A program made the translations under genes and the position numbers. This document shows, piece by piece, positions 1-9,162 of a stretch of DNA of 64,000 bases. Numbering within the stretch: the stretch's first letter is position 1; every line of letters begins with the position of its first letter. Source of the stretch: Candidatus Heimdallarchaeota archaeon (GTDB lineage Archaea > Asgardarchaeota > Heimdallarchaeia > Heimdallarchaeales > Heimdallarchaeaceae); NCBI GenBank assembly GCA_030603365.1, contig JAUVXV010000001.1, positions 320,001 through 384,000 of the forward strand. The letters are read 5' to 3'. Under the pieces are notes generated by a model. It saw nothing but the letters and a program-made list of their open reading frames with translations. It had not been told where the DNA came from and searched no databases.

Positions 1-2
1 TA

Positions 3-713
3 GCTGTTCATTTTGCAACTTGGTTTATATCATTAGACTACGTTAATGTGGCTATTTCAACAACAATGGTTGATACAGTTCCTATTTTTCTTGCTATTTT
101 TGGTTTTATATTTTTCAAAGAGAAGATCAAAACTATAGGAATCATAGGTATAATGATAGCTTTTACTGGTGGAGTTTTACTGGCATTTTTCTCAGATGAC
201 TCTAGTACTGGTCAAACTAACTTACTGCTGGGGATAGCTTTTTCTCTTATTGGAGCTTTGACAGTAACTTTTTATTTTCTAATAGGTAAAAAAATTCTAC
301 AAGATTCACCCTTGTGGCCATATTTTGCCTTAGTTAATCTTTCTTCAGCAATTTTCCTCCTTTTTTATAATCTGATAAGGGGGTATGATCTTTTCAAATT
401 CCAGAATCCTGCTCTTGTATACGGACTATTTCTTGTTTCTGCATTAGGACCATCACTGATAGGTCATGCTACCTATAATTATTCGTTAAGAAAGCTACCA
501 GCTTATGTTGTAGGCGTTGTTATTCTAGGAGAACCAATAGGTGCAACAATATTGGGGGTTCTTATTTTTCCTTTAACCCAAACTCCAGAACCAATTACTA
601 TACTTTTTGCGACGATAATCATATTGGGGATAGTTCTTACATCAATATCCCAATACATAAGAGTAAAATTTTTCACGAAGAAAGAGGAAAAACAAGAAGA
701 AAAACCGAGTTAG
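3..713 (+). CDS. EamA/DMT family transporter (5' end lies outside the window)
   Basis: Frame is open from position 3 (AVHFATWFISLDYVNVAIST...). Multiple TM helices and the DMT-type motifs 'VAISTTMVDTVPIF' and 'GEPIGATILG'. Confidence 0.85.
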   Translation, partial: AVHFATWFISLDYVNVAISTTMVDTVPIFLAIFGFIFFKEKIKTIGIIGIMIAFTGGVLLAFFSDDSSTGQTNLLLGIAFSLIGALTVTFYFLIGKKILQDSPLWPYFALVNLSSAIFLLFYNLIRGYDLFKFQNPALVYGLFLVSALGPSLIGHATYNYSLRKLPAYVVGVVILGEPIGATILGVLIFPLTQTPEPITILFATIIILGIVLTSISQYIRVKFFTKKEEKQEEKPS

Positions 714-1924
714 ATTCGGTTTTCATTAAGTAAATCTTCTAACTTGTCCATAGCAGAATCAATTTCCTCAAGAGAGGGTAGATAAACCATTCTGAAACCA
801 TTCTTTCCAAATGGTCCAAAGCCTGATCCAAATACAGTAAGAACATGCTTCTGTCTTAGGTAATCAAAAACAAACTCCTTATCATCCTTCCACTTAAACT
901 GATCCATAGAAAGCATTGGAAAGATATAGAAAGCAGCTTCTGGTTTGTATACAGAAATCCCTTCCATTTCCACTAGCCTTATGTACATTAAATCTCTTCT
1001 GTCTTTTAGAGCTTTAATTGTTTGAGGAAGGTAAGTATTTAGATCTTGTTTAAGAGCTTCAGTTCCTGCCTTTTGAAGAGGAGTGGATGCACTTAGTCTT
1101 AATCTTGTTAATTTGTTAAACCCCTCCCAAGGTCCTTGAATTTTCTCTGCGGGATCATGAATATATGCATATCCTAGTCTCCAACCTGGGGCTAGAAAGA
1201 CCTTACTGAACCCATTATAAGCAATAACTGGAACATCCTTTGCCAAATTTGCTGTAGCTGTGTGCTTAAGTCCATCTTCCAACATAAGCAAGTCATAAGT
1301 TTCATCAGAAACAATACATGCATCATATTCTCCTGCAATGTCAACTATTTCTTTGAGTATTTTTTCTGGATAAACGGATCCTGTAGGATTATTTGGTGTA
1401 TTAAGAAACACCAGTTTAGTCTTTTCATTCATTAAGGATCTTATATGGTCTGGATCAGGATAGAAATTTCCATCAACAACGGTTTTGTAATATTGAATGT
1501 CATTTTCAAAAATGGTTGCATTTCCTGAATAACTTGGATAGTGGATTCCTGGAATCAAAACTCTATCTCCTGGATTTGTAAAAGCCATAAATGTCATCTG
1601 TATGCCTTCTGATACACCTGCTGTTACTACAACATCAGCTGCTGAGACATCAACATTGTGCTTTCGTTTTTCATATTCAGCAATTGCTTCTCTAAATTCG
1701 AGTATACCTTGTGAATTTGCATAAAAATTATAATTTTCCTTTTCAGCATAACTTAATGGATCAGTTAGTATCTTTGGTGTTTTAAACCCATATTTGATTG
1801 GGTCCCCAATATTTAATTTAATAATTTCATGTCCTTGAGCTTCAACTTCATTAGCGACAGCTAGTACATCTCTGATTGCATAACTGAAGCTTGCAGTACG
1901 ATTTGAGATTTCCATGATATTCAT
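710..1924 (-). CDS. PLP-dependent class I/II aminotransferase (AlaA/alanine aminotransferase-like)
   Basis: LNIGDP, NTPNNPTG, SDETY, and the PLP-Lys motif NGFSKVFLAPGWRLGY. Confidence 0.9.
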   Translation of the reverse strand: MNIMEISNRTASFSYAIRDVLAVANEVEAQGHEIIKLNIGDPIKYGFKTPKILTDPLSYAEKENYNFYANSQGILEFREAIAEYEKRKHNVDVSAADVVVTAGVSEGIQMTFMAFTNPGDRVLIPGIHYPSYSGNATIFENDIQYYKTVVDGNFYPDPDHIRSLMNEKTKLVFLNTPNNPTGSVYPEKILKEIVDIAGEYDACIVSDETYDLLMLEDGLKHTATANLAKDVPVIAYNGFSKVFLAPGWRLGYAYIHDPAEKIQGPWEGFNKLTRLRLSASTPLQKAGTEALKQDLNTYLPQTIKALKDRRDLMYIRLVEMEGISVYKPEAAFYIFPMLSMDQFKWKDDKEFVFDYLRQKHVLTVFGSGFGPFGKNGFRMVYLPSLEEIDSAMDKLEDLLNENRI

Positions 1925-2075
1925 CCCTAGTGGTCCTTAAGAAGAAAAAATTTTGAAAGAAATAAAATTATTGGTTTGACCTTAGTGATTGTAATCTCAT
2001 AGAAATAATAATTACTATTTCCCAGATATTACATTATTAAATATAACAATTTTTGATTATTATTTTAAAAACTGG

Positions 2076-3485
2076 GTGTTATGTTTGCCAGCAATATCTA
2101 GTTGTAGTTTTTGCAATGGACCAGCTCAATACTACTGTAAAGCATGTAAGAGAAGATTGTGTTCAGAACACATTCGGATTTCCAATACTATATACCACTG
2201 TTCTAATTGTGATTCAGAAGGTTCAGATTCAAAATGTCTCACTTGCGGTTTTTCAACAACACTACTAAGACATGAACCTACTCATACATGTGAATGGTGT
2301 AAGTCCACAGACGTTGAAGATGGACTATTGTATCATCAACAATTGCCACATTTAATTTTCTCGTCATTCAACGAACTCAATAAAAAACTCTCTGAAGTAT
2401 GGGATTTAACTCAACAATATCTTCAAGTTGTAAAATCAGTTTATGAGATGAGAAAAGCGCGTATTATGCTTTTTGGATCAGTAGAGGATGAAATCACACT
2501 TCTTAGAGGTAAAATTTCTACATTTATTGATCAATTGGTTAAGTTTGAAAATGACACATTCTCAATGGTTGATGATAAACTCAAAGTCGTAGGATACATG
2601 CGATTCACAAATCTCGATAATATTGAAAAAGCAGAGGAAATACTGAGTTTATTACAATCTCGTCTGGAGTTACTCGATACTACTTTAGGCGGGAAATTCA
2701 CTGATATTGAAAATGATTTTGGAGTAGTGAACAAGAAGGTAGATTTCTTAGGTTTTCAACACAGACTACTAAACCGAATTAATGATCTTCTCCCTGAAGA
2801 TAAGGAAGAACATTTGATCTCTATAATTCCCAGAATTTGGTTAAAGAAAAACAGTAGATTTTACAAAAAATATTTGCTTGTTCTAACTAATCGAAACATC
2901 TACTTCTTACGGGAAAAGGGATTGTTTGATGTTAAGTTAAAATCCAAAGAAACATTGAGTTTATCCTATATTACCAATAAGAAGCTTGTCTCCAGATTAT
3001 TATCAAGAAATATGTTTCATTTCAAAACTAGGCTAGATTCCTATACTCTTCTAGGAAGAAAGGAAAGCATTGACCAATTTATGATTTATTTCCACATAAT
3101 TGATAATTATATTGATTATTCAATACATAAATCTTCTATTATTGAGGATTTGAAGTATTATTCATTAACCATAAACGAACTAAAAACAAACATTCAGCGT
3201 AACGTTAGTCATCTCCGAGCTTATTTACTGAATAAGAGAGAATTGAAACGCGAACTGTATTGGCGAGAAGGACAAGACGCGAGATTCAAAAAACTCTTTG
3301 AACAATTACTTGCTGTAGAAAGAAAGATTCACAAATTGAGTGAATCTAGAAAGTATGATACAAGAGGGACTAGAGGAATTGATGGATTATTAAATAAATT
3401 AACAAGAGAACACACAAGATTGAAACAACAGCTCGGTGATATAAGAAGAAGAAGTGACGAATTCGATGAAATGTGGGAATTTTGA
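2076..3485 (+). CDS. Multi-Zn-finger (B-box-like) + coiled-coil + PH-like domain protein
   Basis: N-terminal C-x2-C-x7-C-x2-C-x4-C-x2-H plus three further CxxC. Long heptad region, then 'YLLVLTNRNIYFL', typical of PH/bPH folds. Confidence 0.55.
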   Translation: MLCLPAISSCSFCNGPAQYYCKACKRRLCSEHIRISNTIYHCSNCDSEGSDSKCLTCGFSTTLLRHEPTHTCEWCKSTDVEDGLLYHQQLPHLIFSSFNELNKKLSEVWDLTQQYLQVVKSVYEMRKARIMLFGSVEDEITLLRGKISTFIDQLVKFENDTFSMVDDKLKVVGYMRFTNLDNIEKAEEILSLLQSRLELLDTTLGGKFTDIENDFGVVNKKVDFLGFQHRLLNRINDLLPEDKEEHLISIIPRIWLKKNSRFYKKYLLVLTNRNIYFLREKGLFDVKLKSKETLSLSYITNKKLVSRLLSRNMFHFKTRLDSYTLLGRKESIDQFMIYFHIIDNYIDYSIHKSSIIEDLKYYSLTINELKTNIQRNVSHLRAYLLNKRELKRELYWREGQDARFKKLFEQLLAVERKIHKLSESRKYDTRGTRGIDGLLNKLTREHTRLKQQLGDIRRRSDEFDEMWEF

Positions 3486-3520
3486 GAAAATGCATATATA
3501 CTAGCTAAAATTCCTTTTTC

Positions 3521-3820
3521 TTGATACTAATGCCTAAGAAAAAAAGTAATTTTAATAGATTAACTTGGGTTATTACAGAACTAATCATTGGTTTAGCTGG
3601 TTTTGTCTATGGATTATATGGGACAATATCATCTCTACCTGAAATTCTAACAACTTACATTATTCTTCTCTCAATGGGGGGTATTCTATTAATTGTAGCT
3701 ATAGTACAATTGATTCCAATACTCAAAAAGAGAGAGAAAAAATACTGTGCTAAATGTGGTGAGAAAATAAAGAAGAATGATGAGTTTTGTTCAAAATGTG
3801 GAGAAAAAGTAGAGGAATAG
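3521..3820 (+). CDS. Small membrane protein with C-terminal zinc ribbon
   Basis: Two TM segments followed by CAKCG-x9-CSKCG. Confidence 0.75.
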   Translation: MILMPKKKSNFNRLTWVITELIIGLAGFVYGLYGTISSLPEILTTYIILLSMGGILLIVAIVQLIPILKKREKKYCAKCGEKIKKNDEFCSKCGEKVEE

Positions 3821-3838
3821 GAGAGCTAAATTAGACTT

Positions 3839-4249
3839 TTATTTCTCCCAAACCTTAAGAAAGTCAGGCATTTCTTCAAATGTAACAAGTGGAATGTTTA
3901 ACCATTTTGCGTCAGAAGCATCATTAGAGAAATCATATTCCTCCTTGGGAGATGTTCTATAACGAAGGAATGACTCTTGTGAATTAGTTTCATCTTCAAC
4001 CCATACAATAATGGGGAGAGCATTCAATTCATAATAACCTAAACTTGTGTTAAAAATGAAATATATGGTTTGTTCTTTATGTTTATAACGTCCTATATAA
4101 CCTGCGTTTCTATCTGGTCCTAAACCTGAAATTACAAGCTTAATTAAATCACCGAGAGATGCAAGTTTCATACCTGCGGGGGATTTTAGAATTATGGGTT
4201 CTTTAGTCAAAATAATCACCAAAAAAGAAAGTAAAGGATTAAAATACAA
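3839..4249 (-). CDS. Conserved archaeal hypothetical protein
   Basis: Soluble ORF directly downstream of the proteolipid gene. True start is probably internal. No function recognised. Confidence 0.55.
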   Translation of the reverse strand: MYFNPLLSFLVIILTKEPIILKSPAGMKLASLGDLIKLVISGLGPDRNAGYIGRYKHKEQTIYFIFNTSLGYYELNALPIIVWVEDETNSQESFLRYRTSPKEEYDFSNDASDAKWLNIPLVTFEEMPDFLKVWEK

Positions 4250-4541
4250 TTAGAATTGCGACAAGTAATCCATAAATAGCTACAGCTTCAATCAGAACAA
4301 TAAACAGAAAAGCTTTTCCGAATACTTCTGGTTTTTCGACGATAGCACCTATCGCTGCACTTCCTGCCATACCCATTCCTATAGCAGCTGCACCTCCAGC
4401 GATACCAACTGCCAATGCTGCACCAAGAGGTGTTAAATCAGCAGGGGTTTGAGCCAATACAGAATTTGCTGCTAAGAAAAACATGGTCACTATTACTGCT
4501 AATAATCCAAAGGTTCTAGTAGATTTCTTTTTTAAAAGCAT
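4239..4541 (-). CDS. atpK: A/V-type ATP synthase proteolipid (subunit c/K), single hairpin with signal-like N-terminus
   Basis: Gly/Ala-rich helix 'GAALAVGIAGGAAAIGMG', loop 'EKPE', and carboxylate helix 'LIEAVAIYGLLVAILI'. Confidence 0.9.
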   Translation of the reverse strand: MLLKKKSTRTFGLLAVIVTMFFLAANSVLAQTPADLTPLGAALAVGIAGGAAAIGMGMAGSAAIGAIVEKPEVFGKAFLFIVLIEAVAIYGLLVAILIVF

Positions 4542-4691
4542 TTAATCACATCTATTTACAAAGTAAATTTCGGTAAGGTAATTTAAAAATTTCGGAAAGA
4601 CATTAAAATTCTTTAAAATTAATGAAAACAATACATATAATAACTACGAAAGCTTAAATAGGTATAGAAAAAAAGTAAAGTTGTGATTTAG

Positions 4692-5306
4692 ATGTTCAGA
4701 GACTTTATGGGATGGCTTTTAGGTAGTAAGAAGAGCCCTCGCGACCATATCATAAACCTAAGGTTAACTGTAAGAAGATTAGAAAGAGCACAGAGAAAAT
4801 TATCTCGTGATGAATCTAAAATGCAGTTAAAGATGAAACAAACTATTCAACGAGGAGACCTAGAATCTGCTAGATTATTTGCTACCGATATAGTACGAAA
4901 TAGAAGATGGGAATTCGGTTATCAAAAACTGGTTTCAAGAATGAATGGTCTAATCTTCAAATTAGAACGAGCTGATACTGCTGCAAGTATGGCTGAAGAA
5001 ATGCATGGTATTGCTTCTGCACTAAGAACAGCAAATGCACAACTACAAATTCCTGATTTAGACAGAGTTATTCAAGATATGGAGAGCTCTATTGATGGTA
5101 TTGAAGAATCTACAGGAACCATCGAAGATGGAATAGATGATTTGTTGGTGGCTGACACAGATCCAGCTGAAGTAGATCGATTAATAGAACAAACAGCTGC
5201 TGAATTGGGCGTATCAACTCAAGCTGGTTTACCTTCTGTTGGAATTGTAGAAACTGATGATTTGGAAGACGAGATACAGAAATTAAGGAGAAGAGAGGAA
5301 GATTAG
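4692..5306 (+). CDS. ESCRT-III, Vps2/24/46 (CHMP1-3) class
   Basis: Snf7-type helical hairpin ('GDLESARLFATDIVRNRR'), amphipathic N-terminus 'FMGWLLG', and C-terminal MIM1-like 'DDLEDEIQKLRRR'. Adjacent to Vps4. Confidence 0.92.
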   Translation: MFRDFMGWLLGSKKSPRDHIINLRLTVRRLERAQRKLSRDESKMQLKMKQTIQRGDLESARLFATDIVRNRRWEFGYQKLVSRMNGLIFKLERADTAASMAEEMHGIASALRTANAQLQIPDLDRVIQDMESSIDGIEESTGTIEDGIDDLLVADTDPAEVDRLIEQTAAELGVSTQAGLPSVGIVETDDLEDEIQKLRRREED

Positions 5307-5314
5307 AAAGGTGA

Positions 5315-5977
5315 TTGATTATGGTTAAAAATTGGCTTTTTGGAAAAAAAAGGAAGGAAGATGCTGATGCTTTATCAACTCTTAAAGCTCAACAGAACAG
5401 ACTTCAAGCTGAAGCTAGAAATCTTGAAAGGCAATCTGATGAACAAAAAATACTAGCTTCTAAAATGCTTCAAGCAGGCAATAAAGCTGGTGCTCGTCAA
5501 GCTCTCAAGAGAAGAGCAGTATTCATGAAAAGACTAAATACAGTTCATAATACTGCAATGAATCTACAAGCTCAAATTGACAGTATTCAGACTGCTACAT
5601 CAACAGCTGAAACAGTTAAAGCTATGGAACTTGGTACAAAGGTTGTTGGTGAGAAAATAAAAACAGTATCACCTGAGAGAACTGAAAGAGTAATGGACTC
5701 AGTTATGGAACAAAGAGATCAAATCGAAATGATGACAGAAGCTCTTTCTGATCCAAGTTTATCTGAGGGTATTCTGGATTTTGAGGATGATGCTGCAATT
5801 GATGAACAAATGGCACAATTAGAAGCTGAAATGGATCTTGGTACAACTACAAGTCTTCCCGATGTTAGTGGATTGCCTTCAACACCCGTTGGAACACCAT
5901 CAGAAAAGGAAGAGGATGTATCAGATCTTGAAGAAGAGCTTGAAGGTTTGAAGAAGAAAATGAGTGAAGATAATTAG
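5315..5977 (+). CDS. ESCRT-III, Vps20/32/60 (Snf7/CHMP4-7) class
   Basis: 'NWLFGKK' N-terminus, 'GNKAGARQALKRR', Pro-rich MIM2-like 'LPDVSGLPSTP', and terminal helix 'DLEEELEGLKKK'. Confidence 0.93.
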   Translation: MIMVKNWLFGKKRKEDADALSTLKAQQNRLQAEARNLERQSDEQKILASKMLQAGNKAGARQALKRRAVFMKRLNTVHNTAMNLQAQIDSIQTATSTAETVKAMELGTKVVGEKIKTVSPERTERVMDSVMEQRDQIEMMTEALSDPSLSEGILDFEDDAAIDEQMAQLEAEMDLGTTTSLPDVSGLPSTPVGTPSEKEEDVSDLEEELEGLKKKMSEDN

Positions 5978-6067
5978 TTCTTCCTCTTTTTTATATTTTT
6001 AAACATAAAACCAAATAAAATATTTTATATTGGATAATTGGAATAATTAGATAGAGGTTGTAATCAC

Positions 6068-7213
6068 GTGTCTGCTCAAGGTTTAATAGATCATGCTAGA
6101 GAATTTGCAATAAAGGCGTATAATTTTGACAAGGAAAAGAATTACAGTGAGGCTATTCCTTATTATTTGGATGCTGCAGAGGCATTGATGAAAGCAATTA
6201 AATTTGAAAGAAATCCACAAGTTGCTCGTTCATTAAAAAAGAAAGCTGAAATGTACATAAGTAGATCAAAAGAATTACGGGATCTTCTTGTGAGAAAAAA
6301 AGAACGAAGGTCTAAAGCAGGCAGTGATGAGGAGGAAGATAAACTAGAAGGTGCTATATCTGATATAATAGTAACTGAAAAACCAAATGTTACATTAAAT
6401 GAAATTGCTGGACTAGAAATTGCTAAACAAACACTACGTGAAGCAATAGTCTTACCATTAATGAGACCAGATTTATTCTCAGGTGCAAGAAGACCATGGA
6501 AAGGAATTCTTCTTTTTGGTCCTCCAGGTTGTGGTAAAACTCTATTAGCTAGAGCAACAGCTGCAGAAGTTGAAGCCACTTTTTTTAATGTGAGTGCAGC
6601 TTCAATTATCTCAAAATGGCTTGGTGAATCTGAGAAACTAGTGAGAACTCTCTTTGAACTTTCACGTGAAAGACAACCGAGTATTATTTTTATTGATGAA
6701 GTTGATGCTTTAGCTGGAGCTAGAGGTGGAGAACATGATGCTATGAGAAGGGTGAAAACAGAACTATTAACATCAATGGATGGGCTTTCAAGCTCAGAAA
6801 CTGATCGTATAGTGACTATAGGGGCAACTAACATTCCAAATTCTATAGATGCTGCATTTCGTAGAAGATTTGAACGACGAATTTATATTCCGCTACCTGA
6901 TTTCCCAGCTCGTAACGCAATATTCGGCTTTAACACAGAAGGTGTAGACTTAGCCGATGATTGTGATTTTGAAGTTTTTGCTGAAATTACAGATGGTTAT
7001 TCGGGTTCTGATATTGCAATGGTTTGCAGAGAAGCAATTATGACTCCAATAAGAGAGTTGGATATGTCAGGGGCTATAAATGATACTTCGATAAAAGCAA
7101 GACCAGTAACACAAGATGACTTCCTTGAAGCTATAGAAGCAATTAACCCTTCTGTTAGCGATGATGAAGTGGAAAAATATGATACATGGAACGAAGAGTT
7201 TGGCAGTGCATAA
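6068..7213 (+). CDS. vps4: Vps4 AAA ATPase with N-terminal MIT domain
   Basis: MIT helices 'AIKAYNFDKEKNYSEAIPYY', Walker A GPPGCGKT, pore loop SKWLGESEK, Walker B IIFIDEVD, Arg finger 'AFRRRFERRIYIPLP'. Confidence 0.96.
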   Translation: MSAQGLIDHAREFAIKAYNFDKEKNYSEAIPYYLDAAEALMKAIKFERNPQVARSLKKKAEMYISRSKELRDLLVRKKERRSKAGSDEEEDKLEGAISDIIVTEKPNVTLNEIAGLEIAKQTLREAIVLPLMRPDLFSGARRPWKGILLFGPPGCGKTLLARATAAEVEATFFNVSAASIISKWLGESEKLVRTLFELSRERQPSIIFIDEVDALAGARGGEHDAMRRVKTELLTSMDGLSSSETDRIVTIGATNIPNSIDAAFRRRFERRIYIPLPDFPARNAIFGFNTEGVDLADDCDFEVFAEITDGYSGSDIAMVCREAIMTPIRELDMSGAINDTSIKARPVTQDDFLEAIEAINPSVSDDEVEKYDTWNEEFGSA

Positions 7214-7229
7214 TTGAGAGGTCGCATTA

Positions 7230-7988
7230 ATGTCAACAGCAGAGAAGAAAAAGCCTGAGAAAAAGAAAAAACCTAAGATTGATTTGAAGCAGCTCAAAGA
7301 TGAGAAACAAATATCTGAGGAAAAACTAAAACTAATTGAGGCAAGTATAAAAGGATTGGAAGTCACTGAAGAAGAATTAAAATCCACTCTTCCTGTTGAA
7401 ACAGTTATTATAAAAAAAGAAGATATATCAAAGGATCAGCGAGCAGTTCTTGAGCTGGAATTTGATGAAGCTCTCCCAAAATGGGTTAAAGCCCCTTGGA
7501 TGTATATAAAACCTCAAAAAAGCGATCAAGTTGAATCATGGTTGGAAAGTTGGTCAGCAATAGTTCTTGATTATTCTAGAATATTTGTGATTCATATTAT
7601 AAATATAAATGATCTTAGAACAGCCCTCCCATTCAACAATAAGAAAATCGGAAAAAGATTAACTATTGAACAAGTTAGAGAGATTATTGATCATTTAGTT
7701 CAACAAAATATAGCTAGATGGCTTGATGAGGATGTTAAAACGCGAGCTAGAATTTACTGGAAATCAAATGATGAATGGGCTGACAAACTTCTAGATTTCA
7801 TGATAGAAACAGGAAGAGTTGTTGAAATCCATTCTCTCTATGATATAACACAACTTGAAGAAAAATGGAGCAATCTACCTTCAGATGATTTGATAATTGT
7901 TTGTGAAATGCTAGTAGAACGTAAAGTAGCTCGATGGTTAAACAAAGAAAAAACAATCATTCAATTTGAAGCAGATAAGGTTTTTTAA
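7230..7988 (+). CDS. vps25: ESCRT-II Vps25-like protein with charged N-terminal extension
   Basis: 'PWMYIKPQ...QVESWLESWSAIVLDY', 'IYWKSNDEWADKL', tandem winged-helix pattern. Downstream of vps4. Confidence 0.82.
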   Translation: MSTAEKKKPEKKKKPKIDLKQLKDEKQISEEKLKLIEASIKGLEVTEEELKSTLPVETVIIKKEDISKDQRAVLELEFDEALPKWVKAPWMYIKPQKSDQVESWLESWSAIVLDYSRIFVIHIININDLRTALPFNNKKIGKRLTIEQVREIIDHLVQQNIARWLDEDVKTRARIYWKSNDEWADKLLDFMIETGRVVEIHSLYDITQLEEKWSNLPSDDLIIVCEMLVERKVARWLNKEKTIIQFEADKVF

Positions 7989-7999
7989 AGAAAAATGGA

Positions 8000-8725
8000 T
8001 TAATAACCCATCAAGCCTGGAAACCAATATTTAGTTCCTTCAGAATAACTTCTATCCACTCTTGCAATGCCATGTTCTTCAAAGAATTTCAAGCTTCTAT
8101 CTATTCTTTCTTCAGTCCAATCAGTTTTCATTAATAATGTCTCTTTAGTTACAAAACCTTCACGAGAAGCATAATTCAACAATATATCATGATCAGTACT
8201 AAATTCAACTGTAGTAAATTCTAGAATTTTCACTCCTGAATCTAAGACTCTGTGGGGTGGTAGTAATTTGGAGTTGATTAATTTATCAATAGAACGACGC
8301 ATGTCATCTATAGAAACTATCCTTCCAGGACGTACTTTATTCAACTGTGTAAAAAGCTCTCCAATTGAAATAATTCCACCATTTTCAGGAGTTAATTGCT
8401 GTCCTAACTCCAAGATTTCATTTGCTAAAACGTCATAGAAACCTTTGCCTGTAAGTTTATCTTTGAGTGTTGGTGCCTCTTTCCAATCATAACGTCCAAT
8501 CTCAGTGGGCAAACCTAACTCTTCTCTTAAAATAGCTAATTTGTCATAATAATCCTTATTATCAGAAATTTTATCTCCATATTTCTTTTCAAATTTCTTC
8601 AATTGTTTCTTAACTTCACTGATATTGTCAATCATTAGTTCAAGTTCTTTTATCATTAATTCTGCATCTTTTACTTGAAAAGCCGACTTAATCTTGATTT
8701 TTTTCTCAATATCTCTTAAACCCAC
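8000..8725 (-). CDS. ESCRT-II Vps22/Vps36 (EAP30 domain) protein
   Basis: 'MGLRDI', 'FYDVLANEILE...NGGIISIGEL', 'SIDDMRRSIDKL', 'WTEERIDRSL', C-terminal 'YWFPG'. Confidence 0.88.
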   Translation of the reverse strand: MGLRDIEKKIKIKSAFQVKDAELMIKELELMIDNISEVKKQLKKFEKKYGDKISDNKDYYDKLAILREELGLPTEIGRYDWKEAPTLKDKLTGKGFYDVLANEILELGQQLTPENGGIISIGELFTQLNKVRPGRIVSIDDMRRSIDKLINSKLLPPHRVLDSGVKILEFTTVEFSTDHDILLNYASREGFVTKETLLMKTDWTEERIDRSLKFFEEHGIARVDRSYSEGTKYWFPGLMGY

Positions 8726-8789
8726 TTCAATCTCCTACTGTTTTATTGTTTAGCGCTTATTTATATCTTCTCAAATTAGAATAATAAAA

Positions 8790-9095
8790 TTAAAACAAAT
8801 CCGGTAATTTGAATAACCACTTCTTTATTTTCTCTGTTAACAGATTTCTTTCTTTCGATGAAAGAAATGCAGCTAGTTTATTTTGATATTTCCTTAAAAG
8901 AGATTTGTAAATATCACTCATTTCTTCATAAATTCGCTCTCCTTCTCCCCCTAATTTCTTTAATCCCAAGGAAAGTTCTTCTAATTCTTCTAAAATGTAC
9001 CCTACATCTATTCTTATCTCTACCATATCCGCTAATTCGAATAACTCTTTGCGAATAGAGATAAATACGTTATTCATAGGGCTAGTTCTTTCCAT
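8790..9095 (-). CDS. Small helical hypothetical protein inside the Ub-ESCRT gene run
   Basis: 101-aa amphipathic-helical ORF, co-oriented between the ESCRT-I and Vps22/36 genes. Confidence 0.65.
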   Translation of the reverse strand: MERTSPMNNVFISIRKELFELADMVEIRIDVGYILEELEELSLGLKKLGGEGERIYEEMSDIYKSLLRKYQNKLAAFLSSKERNLLTEKIKKWLFKLPDLF

Positions 9096-9162
9096 ATCTG
9101 TTACCTTGTTTGTTGAATTAATAGAAAAGGAAAGGAGAAATGATTTGAGAAACCTAGATTAA

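Noticed and set aside
6163-7387. Minus-strand ORFs overlapping vps4/vps25
   Set aside because: Antisense to well-supported genes and without motifs. The same applies to the other short overlapping ORFs in the track.
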